A stretch of DNA of 64,000 nt from Lama guanicoe (GCA_013239625.1 MU053810.1:3380071-3444070), one strand, 5' to 3'. Positions 1 to 13,126 are shown, counted from the stretch's first letter. A program made the numbers and translations. The notes: generated by a model not told the origin, from the letters alone.

Positions 1-48
1 TGAATCAATAAAAATGTAAAAAAAAAAAAAGAAAAAAGAAAAGAAAAG
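1..48 (+). mobile_element. Extreme 3' end and poly(A) tail of an L1 extending left of the window
   Basis: aatcaataaaaatgt followed by an A-rich tail. Resembles the 3' terminus (aatcaataaaaaatgt) of the L1 at 52058-52858. Confidence 0.6.
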
Positions 49-195
49 ATATCCATTGGTCACAATTAGAGAAATACAAATTAAAAAAAAATATGTGCAG
101 TATATTGTGTATATGTATTTACATGCAATACACTGTATATGTGCAAACTGTTAACAATGCTACCTAATAAAATTGAAAATGAAAAAAAATCTCAC

Positions 196-342
196 CTTTA
201 AGTCATATTTCCTATATACAGATAAACGGTGGCTGAACACATTTCTTGTAACAATCACATATATTTCAACTCCATCAACATTAAGCCGGTACATGCCCAG
301 GAACTGGGGAAGAAGGGTGATCCCATGACATTCCACTATATA
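196..342 (-). CDS. PIP4K2A: PIP4K2A internal coding exon (probably exon 5), 147 nt
   Basis: [49 protein letters not shown], ending in the first half of the PIPK DLKGS motif. Long pyrimidine tract plus tgcag| acceptor and |gtgaga donor. Confidence 0.97.
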
Positions 343-1163
343 CTGCATCAGAGAGAAAGAAAAAAGGGGAAAAAAGATCTAGTTAAAATGTGTTTGATCA
401 GATGCAAAATATAACTCTTCTGCCTGTGGTGTTTATAAAAAGTGATAAAAGACTTATACAACTATTAATGCCCTATTTATAGAAAATGACCAAATTTGTA
501 CTGCTGAAGACCAGTTATGGGTCTACCGTGCACACACAGATAAGAAAATTCAACTTTATCTGTAGAGATACTCTTTTCCTAACATTCTGAACTGATCTGT
601 AAAGTCAGAAACTGTACATAATGGTGTAAGGTGACTGGACAAGTGACTGGCCCTTTCTGTAATTCCTTTAAAGTAAAACCACACTCCACCTGGGGTCCGT
701 CTTCCTCAGAAGGCCTGATGATGATTTTTATGAGGTTGAGGCAGCATCCCTTGGCCTCTAAGATTAGCCCCTTTAATAGTGTTAAAGTTGAGATTAAAGA
801 GGAAACTGGCAAAAGCTTGGTGTTAGAAGCTGGGAGAGTCGGGCTCTAGTCCTGGTTTTCTTGCCTCTCAATGAGACGCAAATGTCTCGAGCTACACTGC
901 CCACCACAGCAGTGGTGTAAAGAAGGGCTCGCTCCTGCTCTACAGAAAGATGGAGATTCTTTGGCTCCATATTGGTTTCCATCAAGTCCACTGGACAAGC
1001 CCTAGCAAGGACCCCACTTCCAATGAGAGTTGCAAAAACACAACATGAATTTATTAGTCTTTAATGACCATACTCTAAAAGGCCACAAGATGGAGACACT
1101 TCTCAAAAGATGATCTCTATAAACTGGGTCCCACTGCACTTTCCAAAGGAAAGTTAGGTTTTC

Positions 1164-2385
1164 CTAAAATGGCTTAAAGACTTAAGATATGATAAACCTC
1201 CTAGAAGAAAACATAGGTAAAACATTCTTTTCCATAAATCTTAGTAATGTTCTCCGAGGGCAGTCTATCCAGGCAATAGAAATAAAAGCAAAAGTTAACA
1301 AACGGGACCTAATTAAACTGAAAAGCTTTAACAAAGGAAACCATAAGCAAAACAAAATGACAACCTACAGAATGGGAGAAAATATCTGCAAATGATGCGA
1401 AGGATAGAGATTTAATTTCCAGAATATATTAGCAGCTCATACAACTTAATAAGAAAAAAACAAATAACCCAATCCAAAAGTGAGCAAAGACCTAAACAAG
1501 CAATTCTCCAATGAACAGGCACATGAAAAAATGCTCATAATCACTAGTTATCAGAGAAATGCAAATCAAAACTACAATAAGGTATCACCTCACACCAGTC
1601 AGAATGGCCATCATTCAAAAGTCACAAAGAACAATAAACACTGGCGAGGGTGTGGAGAAAAGTGAACCTTCCTACACTGCTGGTGGGAATGCAGTTTGTT
1701 GCAGCCACTGTGGAAAACAGCATGGAGAGTTCTCAAAAAGCTAAAAATAGGCTTACCATATGATCCAGAAATCCTACTCCTGGGCATATATCCAGAGGGA
1801 ACCTTAACTCAAAAAGATACATGCACCCCCATGTTCACAGCAGCACTGTATACAATAGCTAAGACATGGAAACAACCTAAATGTCCATCGACAGATGACT
1901 GGATAAAGAAGTTGTATACTTACAGAATGGACTACTACTCAGCCATAAAAAGAATAAAATAATGCTATTTGCAGTGACATGGATGGACCTAGAGATCATC
2001 ATTCTAAGTGAAGTAAGCCAGAAAGAGAAAGAAAAATACCACTTGATATCACTTATATGTGGAACCTAAAAGAAAAAAAACATGAACTCATCTACAAAAC
2101 AGAAACAGATTCGCAGACACAGTAAACAGTCTTATGCTTACCAGGGGGAAGGGAGTGGGAAGGGATAAATTTGGGAGTTTGAGATTTGTAAATGTTAGCC
2201 ACTATATATAAAAATAGATTAAAGTTTCTTCTGTACAGCACAGGGAACTATATTCAATATCCTGTAATAACACTTAATGAAAAAGAATATGAGAATACAT
2301 GTATATATGTATGACTGAGACACTGTGCTGTACACCAGAAATTGACACACTGTAATTGACTGTTCAATTAAAAAAATAAAAATAT
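1164..2385 (+). mobile_element. 5'-truncated LINE-1: frameshifted ORF2 C-terminus, 3'UTR and A tail
   Basis: ORF fragments [21 protein letters not shown] and [14 protein letters not shown]...CTPMFTAALYTIAKTWKQPKCPS lie in different frames. L1 3'UTR motifs (acagcacagggaactatattcaatat, tgctgtacaccagaaattgacac). Confidence 0.95.
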
Positions 2386-2972
2386 AAGGGGTGGAAAGAA
2401 GAGTTCAAAAACTATTGCCCATGACATGTGTGTGAAATCTCTAGGATGTCATCATGCATGTCATCATGAACAGTATTCCAAAATTGTAAAAACTGTACCC
2501 ACTGGGCCTCTTTACAGAGATATCTGAAAGAATGGTCACCATGGTAATGGTGAAATTTAGGGTAACTGCTTTCTTCTTTTTTCAAAAAAGAAATTATACT
2601 GCTTGAATTTTTGTTTTACAATGAGCATTTTGTAAAAATAAGTAATCAGAATGCCCTTTCAAACTATTTAGTGGTAAACACAGTCAACTATGATAATACT
2701 AAACCATCTTAAGAATTTTTTTTAAAGTCTTTAGTTTTTATCATTAAAGAAAAGATTAACAGTGTCAGTACAGGAGTTCAGTATTTGCCACCCAGAGTTT
2801 TGGCAGATTTTAAAAATGCTCCTGTCCTTTTTAAAAGCCTTACCATAATTGAGTTATGTATTTCAATTTCATGGATTTTTCTGAGTAGGGTTTCACCTCC
2901 AACCTGTTCTTAATTTGAAGTCAGCCCACAGGAACCTTTTCTGTTTCTCTCCTTTCAAAAATTAGTAAATTA

Positions 2973-3053
2973 TGCACGTATATGTATGACTGAACTATTA
3001 TGCTGTACACCAGAACTTGACACAACATTGTAAACTGACTATATTTCAACTTA
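2973..3053 (+). mobile_element. 81-bp L1 3'-end stub with 16-bp TSD
   Basis: Same terminal motif as the L1 at ~2310-2370. Flanked by identical aaaaattagtaaatta at 2957-2972 and 3054-3069. Confidence 0.85.
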
Positions 3054-4544
3054 AAAAATTAGTAAATTAATGTAGGTTTTGCTAATACAAAACAGGTGGT
3101 AAAGAGCTCTTGGCTGAAAAGATTTCTACAGTCTGATGTAAAGAAATAAAAAGAGTGGTTGTCTTGTGCTTCTGAAGAGAGACAGCTGGATAAAACTTAG
3201 AAGCACGGAGGCTACGGGGTCTAGCCATGTAAGCTCTGCAGAAAGAACACAGGTTCGTGAGCCAAAAAGAGATGCAGATGTGACCTGGCACCTCCACCCG
3301 CTCACTGTGGGGTCCCGAGCAAGTCACTAAAGCACTCGTCATTTTAGTTCCACTTGTTGGAAAGTGAGCACCATGATTCCTACCAAGAAGATTATTGTGA
3401 GGATTCCAGGAACAGTGTGTCAGAATACTTCCCACCACGCCTGTGTCTGGCCCATGCTCTTTCTCCTACGGCAGAGGACAATGATCATAGTCATTTTATT
3501 CAAAACTTTGATAAGAAATTTTAATGTTAGGCCTCTCTGCTTTGTGCTCCCAACTGACCCCGGACATGATCTGTGGTCTGCTTGAAGGGAGGGTCTGCGC
3601 AGGTGATTCTGGGACCGACAGGACATGTCTCCTGCCCTGTAGGAGCCCATGGGTTTCTGTCTGATCATCCATCTCCCTCCCCTTCATGCTGTTCTGCTCA
3701 GATTATGCTCATCACGGTCTCTCTTTTAAAAGTCCTGATGGTAAGAGATGTCTTTGATCAAAATCTGTCCAGAGCCACAGAGTGCCACGGGACAGAGTAG
3801 ACACTAAACACTATTCACGTGGATGAACATGTCAAAGAAACCTGAATACTATACAGAAAATCACTGACAAGCTTTTTTTCCCCAGGGAAAAACACACAGA
3901 TCACATTCTACACCACCTCTATCTTTAAGGTTTAAATACATTACTACGTATTAAAAACACATTACATTTGATCCACTTCATCAAGTTTCTACATGCACTC
4001 ATTCTCAAAGGGAAGGCTCACCTATAAGGCTCTTTGATATCAGAACACCTTGAAAAATACAGATTTCATAAACTTAAAACTCCTGAGTTTATAAATATGT
4101 CCAAAGCCACAACCCTAAAAAGCCTGTCCTGTTAGATACCAGTGCTGACCAGCAGCAGCTGGGAGCAAAGGTTTAGAAAAGCATTTATGGGTGAAAACTT
4201 CGCAGAAGACAAAATTCTCCCCATTAATCGAATTTCTGGGTGGGGGCACTTGGAAAAGAATACAGTTTCATTTCAGTGGAGGAACAGCTCACTGGGTCTA
4301 CAAACACCACCGGTGGGGGACCACCGTACTGTAGATTGAGGGGGTCCCTGCATGTGGGAGTTGATTCGAAAGCCCAAACAACGAATCCTCTCGGATTCTT
4401 TGCCAGCTGACCCAGGAAATGCTGTGCACAAACCCTAGCAGCAGTGGGCACATCTATAAGGAATCCAACCCCTTCCCAACACACATACAAACATCTGGGG
4501 AGATTGTAAGCTCACAGCCACATCATGCTGCTCAAGCCCTCCTG

Positions 4545-4660
4545 GTCCAGCTCCCCACTCACTAGCTGTGTGACCTTGGGTGAATTAGTCAACCTCTCTG
4601 TGTCTCTGCATTTGGAGTGGGTAATATTAGTACTGAGCACAAAGGGGTTTTGTGAAGGAT
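4545..4660 (+). mobile_element. MIR SINE fragment
   Basis: MIR core actagctgtgtgaccttgggtgaattagtcaacctctctgtg. Confidence 0.75.
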
Positions 4661-4849
4661 GTGACAATCAGGGAAATGGCACTGGGGGGACTGCCGATGA
4701 CTCAAGCAGGAGCAGGATGAAACCAAGACCCTGGGGTAAGGGGTGGGACAGGAAGGCAGGGCAAGGGTAAGGGAGGCAGGTTTTCACCTGCTGTATTCCT
4801 AAAATGCTCCCCGAGAAACAGATTCTATTTTAAATACATGATGGGGAGA

Positions 4850-4935
4850 GGGGAGGGTATAGTTCAGTGGTAGAGTGTTTGCTTAGCAAGCATGAGGTCC
4901 TGGGTTCAATCCTCAGTCTCCATTAAAAAAAAAAT
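4850..4935 (+). mobile_element. tRNA-Ala-derived SINE (Vic-1-like), short-tail form
   Basis: gggagggtatagttcagtggtagag...cttagc...ctgggttcaatcctcag...ctccatt plus A tail. Imperfect flanking repeat taaatacat/taaatgcat. Confidence 0.85.
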
Positions 4936-7900
4936 TAAATGCATTGGAATTCCTAAAATCTCCATAGAACAAGGACTCCAAAAATGAAAAATGTTGCACA
5001 TGTGTGTATGTAGCTGTTTAGAAAGTAAGGTAATATTTTTGTAAATATAAAAGAAACACTAAAAAATTCTATTTCTCACTTATGTTGCTTTCAGGATCAG
5101 AAATCTAGCACCTTCAAAAGCTGAAAAACATCACTGTCAAATTAACAAAACCACCCGTCAATAAGTGCTTCGAAATTATTTTTAAAGGATGTACTGGTGA
5201 CACTACAGTATCATGATCGGTTTTTTGGCATGAGCACCCTCTCTCTTTTCAACAGTTAAAAACATCCTCAGCATGTTAATTCCTTTGTGACATTGATTCT
5301 CTCGTAAGACAGTCTAAGGGTGAACATTTGCTCCCTCCGTTCTCCATGCTTAATTTTACAAAATTTTATAAGATTACAAAAATGGAGAAATATGGTGAAG
5401 ATATTTCTTTCACTTTCTACCACCTTCTGGATGTGGCTCCAAGGCAGTCAGTCCTCCCCCACTGGCAACAGACACAGTCAACGCGGCTGTTCCCGACCTG
5501 CTGTGTCAGTATCTCCGTTTACAGGCTCAACAGGTGCATTGCCCTCCTGCCACCCGGTAGCCCCTTCCCCGGAGGTCCGATGGGAGATGAGAGGCCACAA
5601 ATGGACCAAACACTCGGCAGCGCTGGTCATCCGCGCGTGGCTCAGGACTGAAGAGCACACACACCAGAAGAGAGGAGTGCTCCTCTGCCCCGCTGTGCAG
5701 TCCTGCACAGCATCCTTTCAGACCCAGCCCTTTCCCCCAGCACTCGGATATGCCGCACAAAGCCTGCCTATTCTTTCCCCCTCCCCGGGCTCCCTGGGTC
5801 ACCTGCAGCCAAGCTCTTCTCTCACATCAAACAGGGAAGGTCTATCTGGCACCTGGAGTGGCGGCTTTCACAGAGGTTTCATCTGAACAAGGCATGGAAT
5901 AGTTGGTCCCTAATTTGTAAACAGCGACCGTGATGATTATCAGTTCTCCTCACTGCCTGGAGGTAAAACCATCGCAAGCATTCTTGGAATCCGTGTCCAC
6001 ATTCTCAGCGTTAAACTCACTGCATTACCTACGTTTGCATTTTTAAAATATTGTTTTTATTAACTATTTTTCACGTCTGCATTTTTGTAGCTGGACGCCC
6101 CGTGTCCCCTCGCAATGTTATTTATCAAGCAGCGGCTTCTGCTTTTTAAAGGAGTGCTCTCAGATACTTGTATCTGCCAGGAATGTCTGTAACCTATGTT
6201 TCCAACACTAACGGCTTTTACTTTTTTTTGTCTTCAAAAAAATCTTCTTGGAAATGATTCCATGGTGTCACCAATAGAGCCAAATTTTCTCTCTTCATCA
6301 GTCTCCCTTACAACTCTTCCCTGTGTTACTGGCTTGTCAGAATTGTAATGTAATGATGAACTGATGTGGTGAAATCGGAATTTTAAAACATAAAATGCAA
6401 AGGCCAGGAGATCTGAGTTTCCTTTGCTCTTGGGCGCACAACAAGCATAAAAAGTTTTATGAAGCCCCCATTTGTTGCTCTTGTGCAAAATGAAATGCCA
6501 TTAAAGGATTCACAGCTGACTGAAGGTTTCAGCAGAGAGGATTCTAAGTGATGCACTGCCACAGATAAATATTTATATCTCCGTGTGATAGCGTGAACCT
6601 GGGCTCTGGCTCTTGGAAATTGCTGTTATTATCATGTTTCACTCATTTTTTTTAAAAGGCTTGAAGTGACAATTTAATATAGCATCAAATTAATACTTCA
6701 ATATAAAGTCTTGTTTCAGTTAATGTTTTCGAAAGGTTAAATTATCTGTAATCCTTATTGTGCCTCTGACTATGTTTACAGATCCCTCCAACAACATTCT
6801 TTATGGGGGGGGGGAGGTGGAGGAAGAAAGGAAAAAAGAAAGAAAGAAGCCAGCCTGAAATTCAGAATTGCTTTGTTTTAGAATGACCAAACAAATAATC
6901 CAAACATTCCTTGAACTGATATTTTGGGATAATGATGTGTCAGTTAATATAATTTATTTTGGTTTCATATAGTTATGCAGTCAAAAAAGAATGTAAGAAG
7001 TCAAAAATGACTCCATTTAATCTAATGTAACAACAAAATTTACCACTTTCCTTAAACTTAATAAAATCAGGCTTAAAAGGAACCAACATTCCTCTGCACT
7101 ATTTACAAACAGTCTTCTTTCTGAAATATCGTCGGCTACACCTGAATGCACAAACTGGTGCTCCTAATTCTGTTTGTTATACCATAATAAAGACCCATAA
7201 ATAAAATCGTCGTGAAAGACGAAATGACTTTATAAAAACCACTATCATAAATGCAGCCAATGCCGTTCACTCAGTGACTAGAACTGAAATGCAGAATGGC
7301 TGCCCCAAGCATCATGGTGGGGACGTGCTCCAGGAGGCGGTGTGCCCAGCTGTGGGCACAGCTCCCTCTGGGTCTGCCTTCCTGTCACTTTGGCCCAACA
7401 TGGCATCTTCTGGGAGGAGGACCCCCAAAGGGCCCCCACCGGGTAGCCTGCGACTTGGGGGACATGCCGGGCAGGCTGCCCTATCCCACCCCCGGTCCAA
7501 CCCTGCTTCCTTCCTCTTCCCGCACCAGCTTCCATCCCTCACCAGTATCCCAACCCCACACTCTGCGTGGCCTTCTGCTTGGGCTGGCCACTTCTGAGAG
7601 TCAGCAGACACCAGAGGCAACAAATTCAGGGCCCCCAGGAATGGCAGAGGTTAGGACTGCCGGAAACAGAATGTGCACAGCTATGCAGAAAGCATCCAAA
7701 CAAATAAAGTGTGCAATTTCAGAAACGAGCATATAACAAAAAATGAGATTATTTAAAATGGAACTTTTAGAAGGAAAAACGTATTTTTGAAGTAAAAAAA
7801 AATCACTAGACGGGGGAGACAACAGAACAGTTGAAGAGAGCATTAGGAGCGGGTGATTCAGCTGAGGAATTTACCCCAAATTGAGTGGAGATGTTTGCAG

Positions 7901-9554
7901 AGGCAAAATGGGAAAGGAAGGTCAAGAGATGTGGAGGAAGGAGGCTGCCACATCCAGAGCTGCTGGAAAGACAGAAGAGAGAGGAGGGGAGGCAGGAAAA
8001 AGGAGGTCGGGGTTTCCAGAAACTGGAGGAAATCTGCTGCAGGAAAAGTGTGCAGAGGACAGGGCTGGGCGGTGCCCCCCCGGGCCACAGGGACCATGGA
8101 GATGTCAACCATCTTCCTGACATTTCTAAGAGAGAAGCAAGAAATGCATGTGCTGCGTCTGTTGGCCAAGGGGCTCTGCTGGGAGCGGCCTTTACTGCAC
8201 AGCTCCAGGTGCTTCTGGGGCCTAAAGCGTCAGTGTACTTTGCACATTTCGACAGACTTCTCCTCCAGAGAGAACGAAAAAGCCAAAAGAGCAGGCTCAG
8301 AGCATTCCTCCTGCTCCTGAAAGCAGGTTCCGCGCTGCAGCGCGGGGCTCTGTCGGCATCTCCCGGGAGCGCCGCCGAGCCAGGACGTGAACTTCACCCG
8401 GCGCGCGCTGCTCTGTCTTTAACCAGCAGCTTGGGAAGCCCTGAGGGAGGGTGTGACTTTTTCTCTCTCAGCACCACACCCTCCATTTTTTAATTTTAAT
8501 TTTTAGCTTTTACAGTGCCTGTTTTTTCAGTTTGTCCCTATTCATTGGCCATTGACTGCCACTGTCCTTCATGGGAGGATAAAAAGATGTACTCCAGGGA
8601 GGGTCCAAAAAGGGCAAACATTCACCCCCAAACCCTTACTGAAAGGTGAGGTACTAGCTAGCTTTTTCAACAAGGATTTCAGATTTTTAGGCTGACTTCT
8701 AGATTCCTCTCAAGTTACTAATCGTCTCCCAAATAACAAAGGTAAGAAAGGATTTTTAAGTTACTTAATTTTGTCGGTTTGTCAATTCTGTCTCTTTGAA
8801 ATAAAAAACAAATTTAAACCCTACATTTCAAAACCTTTAAAGATAATTCTTAATGCCATTTTCATAAGGCATTTCTTGATCATCTACATTGGAACTTGTT
8901 CCCTCCCCTAAAATTTCTAAAATTTTACTGACGCTGACTTTAAATTTTAATTAAAACTGAAGCCACATGACACTAAAACTCTCAATGAATTCAGGTCAGT
9001 AAGGAAAGAAAAAAATCAGTCACTTTAGGAGAAATAAGACATTCAAGTAGGTTCATGACCATTTTTTTCCTTTCTGGAATGCTTTTCTGCTTTATGAAGT
9101 GAATCGGCTGATAAGCATTATTTATAAGACCTGAGTTTGTCTAACCTAACAGAAATTTGAGGAAAAGGATATTTACACCAGAACAAAAATAGTTATTTTC
9201 CCAACTATAGAAAAGAGAAAAAGGAAAAGAGACCTACAGAATTTTGCTCTGCTTAAGATAAATTTCCCTTTGGTCTGAAAGATGACGCTCTCCCTTCTTG
9301 GCGCACAGTGGAAATCGGGGTAGGATCTGCACCACAAGTGAAGACTAAGGCAAGATTCCAGAGCTTGGGAAACATCTAACTCCCTATGGCCGGTTTGAAT
9401 CTTCATGATTCTGCATCAGTGCAACACTGTACTAGAAACCAGGCCCCCTAGTGGATCCAAAGAGTTAATGATTTCAACACTGAGATACAGGAAAGTGAGT
9501 ATGTGGAAGAAAGGTTTTTGGTGATTCAATCATTCATAACAGCACTGATCATAC

Positions 9555-9745
9555 AGCAGACACTGCTCTGAGCAGGTTATAAACATCAATTCACATAATA
9601 AGCATGACAGTGAATGAAGGAGGTACTATTATCCAAATTTTAGAGACACAGAAGCAGGTGTAGGAGGTTAAGTGATTTGCCCAAGGTCCCCCGTTTGGTG
9701 GGGACAAAGCAGTTCCCTCCAGAGTCCCGGTTCTGAACCACCTGC
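9555..9745 (-). mobile_element. MIR SINE
   Basis: aggtactattatccaaattttagaga...gaggttaagtgatttgcccaaggtc. Confidence 0.7.
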
Positions 9746-10270
9746 CACCCTGTGCCGCCGGTGAGCTTGGCTCATCAGATTAATCCCAGGAAGAATTTAT
9801 TCAAATATCTGGCAATGTTCTGCTCTCCATAGGCTGGCCTTACCGTAATTTTAACCTTCCAGAATAGAGCTCTGGATCTATTTCACTAAGACAAAACACA
9901 GTGAAAGAGAAGGAAAAAGAGAAGTCAAGCGCCACAGAGTAACCAGAGCCACTAGGAAGTCCGTCCAGTTTACTCCACAGGAGACAACCTCCCTGAGGGC
10001 CTGCCCCACCTGTTTGACCATTTAGATTATCAATTCAAAGTTGATTTGAATCAATCAATTTGAATCAGCCTAATGACTTGTCCAGACTAGACAGTACAGA
10101 AACAAAAGCACATTAGAAGGGAAAAAAGCAACAAAAAGCAAGTAGAAACAGAAGAACTGACAGTCATCACCGAAGGAGGAGACAGAAAACATTTAAGACT
10201 AGACATAAATCTTACAAGTAGTTTAAGCCACCTGACAGCCTCTGTGGAATTAGGTCAGTTAGTAAACACA

Positions 10271-10404
10271 CAGCACAGGGAATAAGGTCAACAATATTAT
10301 CATCACCTTGTGTGCTGTGTAACCTACAGAAATACCACAGCACTATGTTACACGCCTGAAACTACTATAATATTGTAAGTCAACTATACTTCAGTTAAAA
10401 ATAA
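10271..10404 (+). mobile_element. L1 3'UTR stub with 10-bp TSD
   Basis: ctatgttacacgcctgaaactactataatattgtaagtcaactatacttcagttaaaaataa. Flanked by agtaaacaca at 10261-10270 and 10405-10414. Confidence 0.75.
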
Positions 10405-10594
10405 AGTAAACACATGAACGAATGAATGAGTGAATGAATGAAATGCAGATGGGAAAGCTGAGGGTCAGAGACTGCTTCAGCATCCAGTTCAGGACAAGCC
10501 GGGATCTAGGTCTCCTGACCTTCAACCTAGGGTCCTTTAATAAATCATATTAGTAATGGTGATTCTCAATCTTTTAAGACTCCATTTATTAAAA

Positions 10595-11005
10595 AAAATT
10601 TTTCTTCCAGTTTTATTGAGATATGATTGGCATACAGCACTGTTCACGTTTAAGGCGTACAGGATAGTAACTTGTCTTACAGACATCATGAAATGATGAC
10701 CCCAGTAAGTTTAGTGAACATCCCTCATCTCATATGGATACAAAAAAAAAGACAAAGAAAAAAATGTTTTTCTTGTGATGAGAACTCTCAGGATTTACTC
10801 TCTTAACAATGTTCATATGACATGCAGCCATGTTAATAATATTTATCACGTTACACATTCCAGCTCTAGTACTTACTTATCTTATAACTGGAAGTTTGTG
10901 CCTTTTGTCTGCCTTCATCCAATTCCCTTACCTCGGGTAACCACAAATCTGATCCCTTTTTCTATGAGTTTGTTTTTGAAGAATAATTGACCTGCAACAC
11001 TCTGT
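10595..11005 (-). mobile_element. Older L1 (L1MA9-like) 3'UTR
   Basis: ttttattgagata...tttttcttgtgatgagaactctcaggatttactctc...cttataactggaagtttgt. Homologous in reverse complement to 54637-54924. Confidence 0.8.
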
Positions 11006-12244
11006 TGTAAGGGCAACACTGAGACCCTTTAACTATATTTAAAATACTGTTTATTAGCAGAAAGAAAAATATAGATGTTGAAGAAATGAGATTTTTTTCC
11101 TGGATAAAGAACATACCAAGAAAATAACCACTTTGTAGGAGTGGAATGAAAGGAAATTATTTAGTATGGTGACAGCCCACAGAGCATGTTAATAGACTTA
11201 TTGTGATCGCTAACGTATTTTATGTAATGCTAATATGTCAGATCTGCACGTTCAGTTACAGTAAGTACCCCAGAGGAAACGTCTCAAACTGTGGTTTCTG
11301 TAAAGTCAGAAAAGTCTGAACTCAAAGATGTCATCAAGAAGTTGATGTCTGAATTGCATGTCACGTTTTATTAGAATGGTATATCATAGTCACTTATCGG
11401 AATAATATGTCTTCATCAGTCACTGAGGCATCACATTGCTTTGAAAGTTCTGAGACAATTTAAGGAAAGTAGAAAAAGAATGCATCAGTACGACATTAAG
11501 TTCCAGAGGGGGAGCAATGAAGTAGCATTCAGTTGAAAAGGTGGATGGTTGAGAGCTGCGTCCTGTAATTCAATTCATTCAGAAGCCAATGCCTTAGCAT
11601 TTTCACCCTCACTCACGGGGACTAACCCAGTACTTTAAAATCTCCTTCATAATAGGCACAGCATAAGCACCAGAGCACAGATTTCAGAAGGAATAGGTGT
11701 TATAGAAGATTTATTAGACGCTAAATGAATTTAGAGGCAGACTCATGTTCTTCAAAAACAAATCAGGGGCAGCCCCCAGCTTCCAGAAACAGAATGTAGC
11801 TTAGAGATATTTACAGACCTCACTGCAAGCAAAACACAGCTGATCACGCTCTGGGGAGATTAGAAGAATAAGCAAGTGCCAAGAAATAACTCCTGAAGTT
11901 TTCAGCAGAAAGCACACCCGCCAGGTAGGGAAGCTCATTTCTACAGACAGCCCAGAGCCTGCAAATCCAAGTGAGCAGCGCCTTCGAAGCAGCTACCTGG
12001 AGAGGCTGATGCTTGATGTGATGGTTTGAACACTTTTGAGAATCCTCTGGTTAAAGCAACAGTGTGTGTGTATGTTTCAGCGTGTGGTTTAACCACCAGT
12101 TCTGAAGGTGGTTGCTGCAGTATTGCGATCAGCGGTCAGATTCACCCCCTGAAGACTCCGATTTCCCGAGGTGACACAGTTGTCCCGGTTCCTGCTGTAC
12201 GACCTGCTGAAGGCTACCACCACCCCCACATACCAGAGGCCGGT

Positions 12245-12430
12245 GTGTGGCAGGCACTGTGCTGAGAGCCTGACCTACAATCTTCAGGGCTCTGTGTTAG
12301 GTTGGTGTTATTATCTCCATTGCATAAATCAAGAAACTGAGGCTTCAAAGTCTTGAAGTCACGTGGTTAGTTAGTGACAGGGCTGGGGTCTAAACCCAGG
12401 ATTGCCTGATGCTGGACATCATGCTGTTAC
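12245..12430 (-). mobile_element. MIR SINE
   Basis: caggcactgtgctgagagc...ttattatctccattgcataaatcaagaaactgaggct. Confidence 0.7.
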
Positions 12431-12973
12431 TATTTCAAAGGAAGGAAGACCTCTTACGACTCTGGTAGGGACCTGTGAACATGTGCTCTACCAGGCACTC
12501 GTGCTAGAATTCCTCGAGAGACAGGCAGACAGACAGGAGATGAGACAGGGCTAGTTTCATTTTATCCCCAGGTGATTATGAAAGGATAACACTGAGGGGT
12601 GAAAAGGAGGTGGTGAGTGGACAAACACCCACTTTCAACACCCCGCTTCCGTCCTGTGCAAAAAACTTCTGACCTGCTGCCAAATCTTCAGCGGAGTGAT
12701 TTTAAAATCAGAATGGGAGTCACTGAAACTACTGTATAGAAGGGTATTTAGACTGAAAGCGTTACATGTATAACTAATGAATCTCTCATTCCCAAATGTT
12801 AACTGCTGGTAAATCTGGCCACAGTAATTTTTAAAAACACAGCTAGATTGAATTACTGTGCCAAATGTGTGCTCACTGTTTATTAACTAGATATTTAAAT
12901 CTCTGGCCTTAAGGATAATTTGTCACAAGTGTCAGCCTTCTCAGAGTTTCGAATAAAGACAGAGAAAAGGTAC

Positions 12974-13126
12974 CTGGTGGTATTTCTTCAGGATGTTGTG
13001 CATTTCGGCCACATCTTCACTTGTGATGGTCTTGATGATATATCTCTTGTCGTAGGAGGTGTGGAACCGAGCTCCGCTGCGGGCCTGGGAGTCGTTAGGA
13101 AGGGGTGCGCTCCTGGTCAAGGAATT
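12974..13126 (-). CDS. PIP4K2A: PIP4K2A internal coding exon (probably exon 4), 153 nt, includes the ATP-site IIK lysine
   Basis: NSLTRSAPLPNDSQARSGARFHTSYDKRYIIKTITSEDVAEMHNILKKYHQ. Acceptor gggaag| and donor |gtacct. Phase 0-0. Confidence 0.97.

Noticed and set aside
2446..2468. Short tandem duplication atgtcatcatg x2, and small AT-rich palindromes near 59460 and 59590
   Set aside because: Too short and low-complexity to exceed background.
4850..4925. tRNA-Ala genes (here and at 20404, 29936, 45524)
   Set aside because: A-rich tails, TSDs, extra 5' bases and mutated arms identify them as SINE copies.
5320..5886. 188-aa + strand ORF
   Set aside because: Non-ATG start, no recognisable family, antisense within an intron.
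7885..8493. 202-aa + strand ORF and overlapping ORFs
   Set aside because: No recognisable domain. Low-complexity translation of GC/purine-rich intron that is open in several frames.
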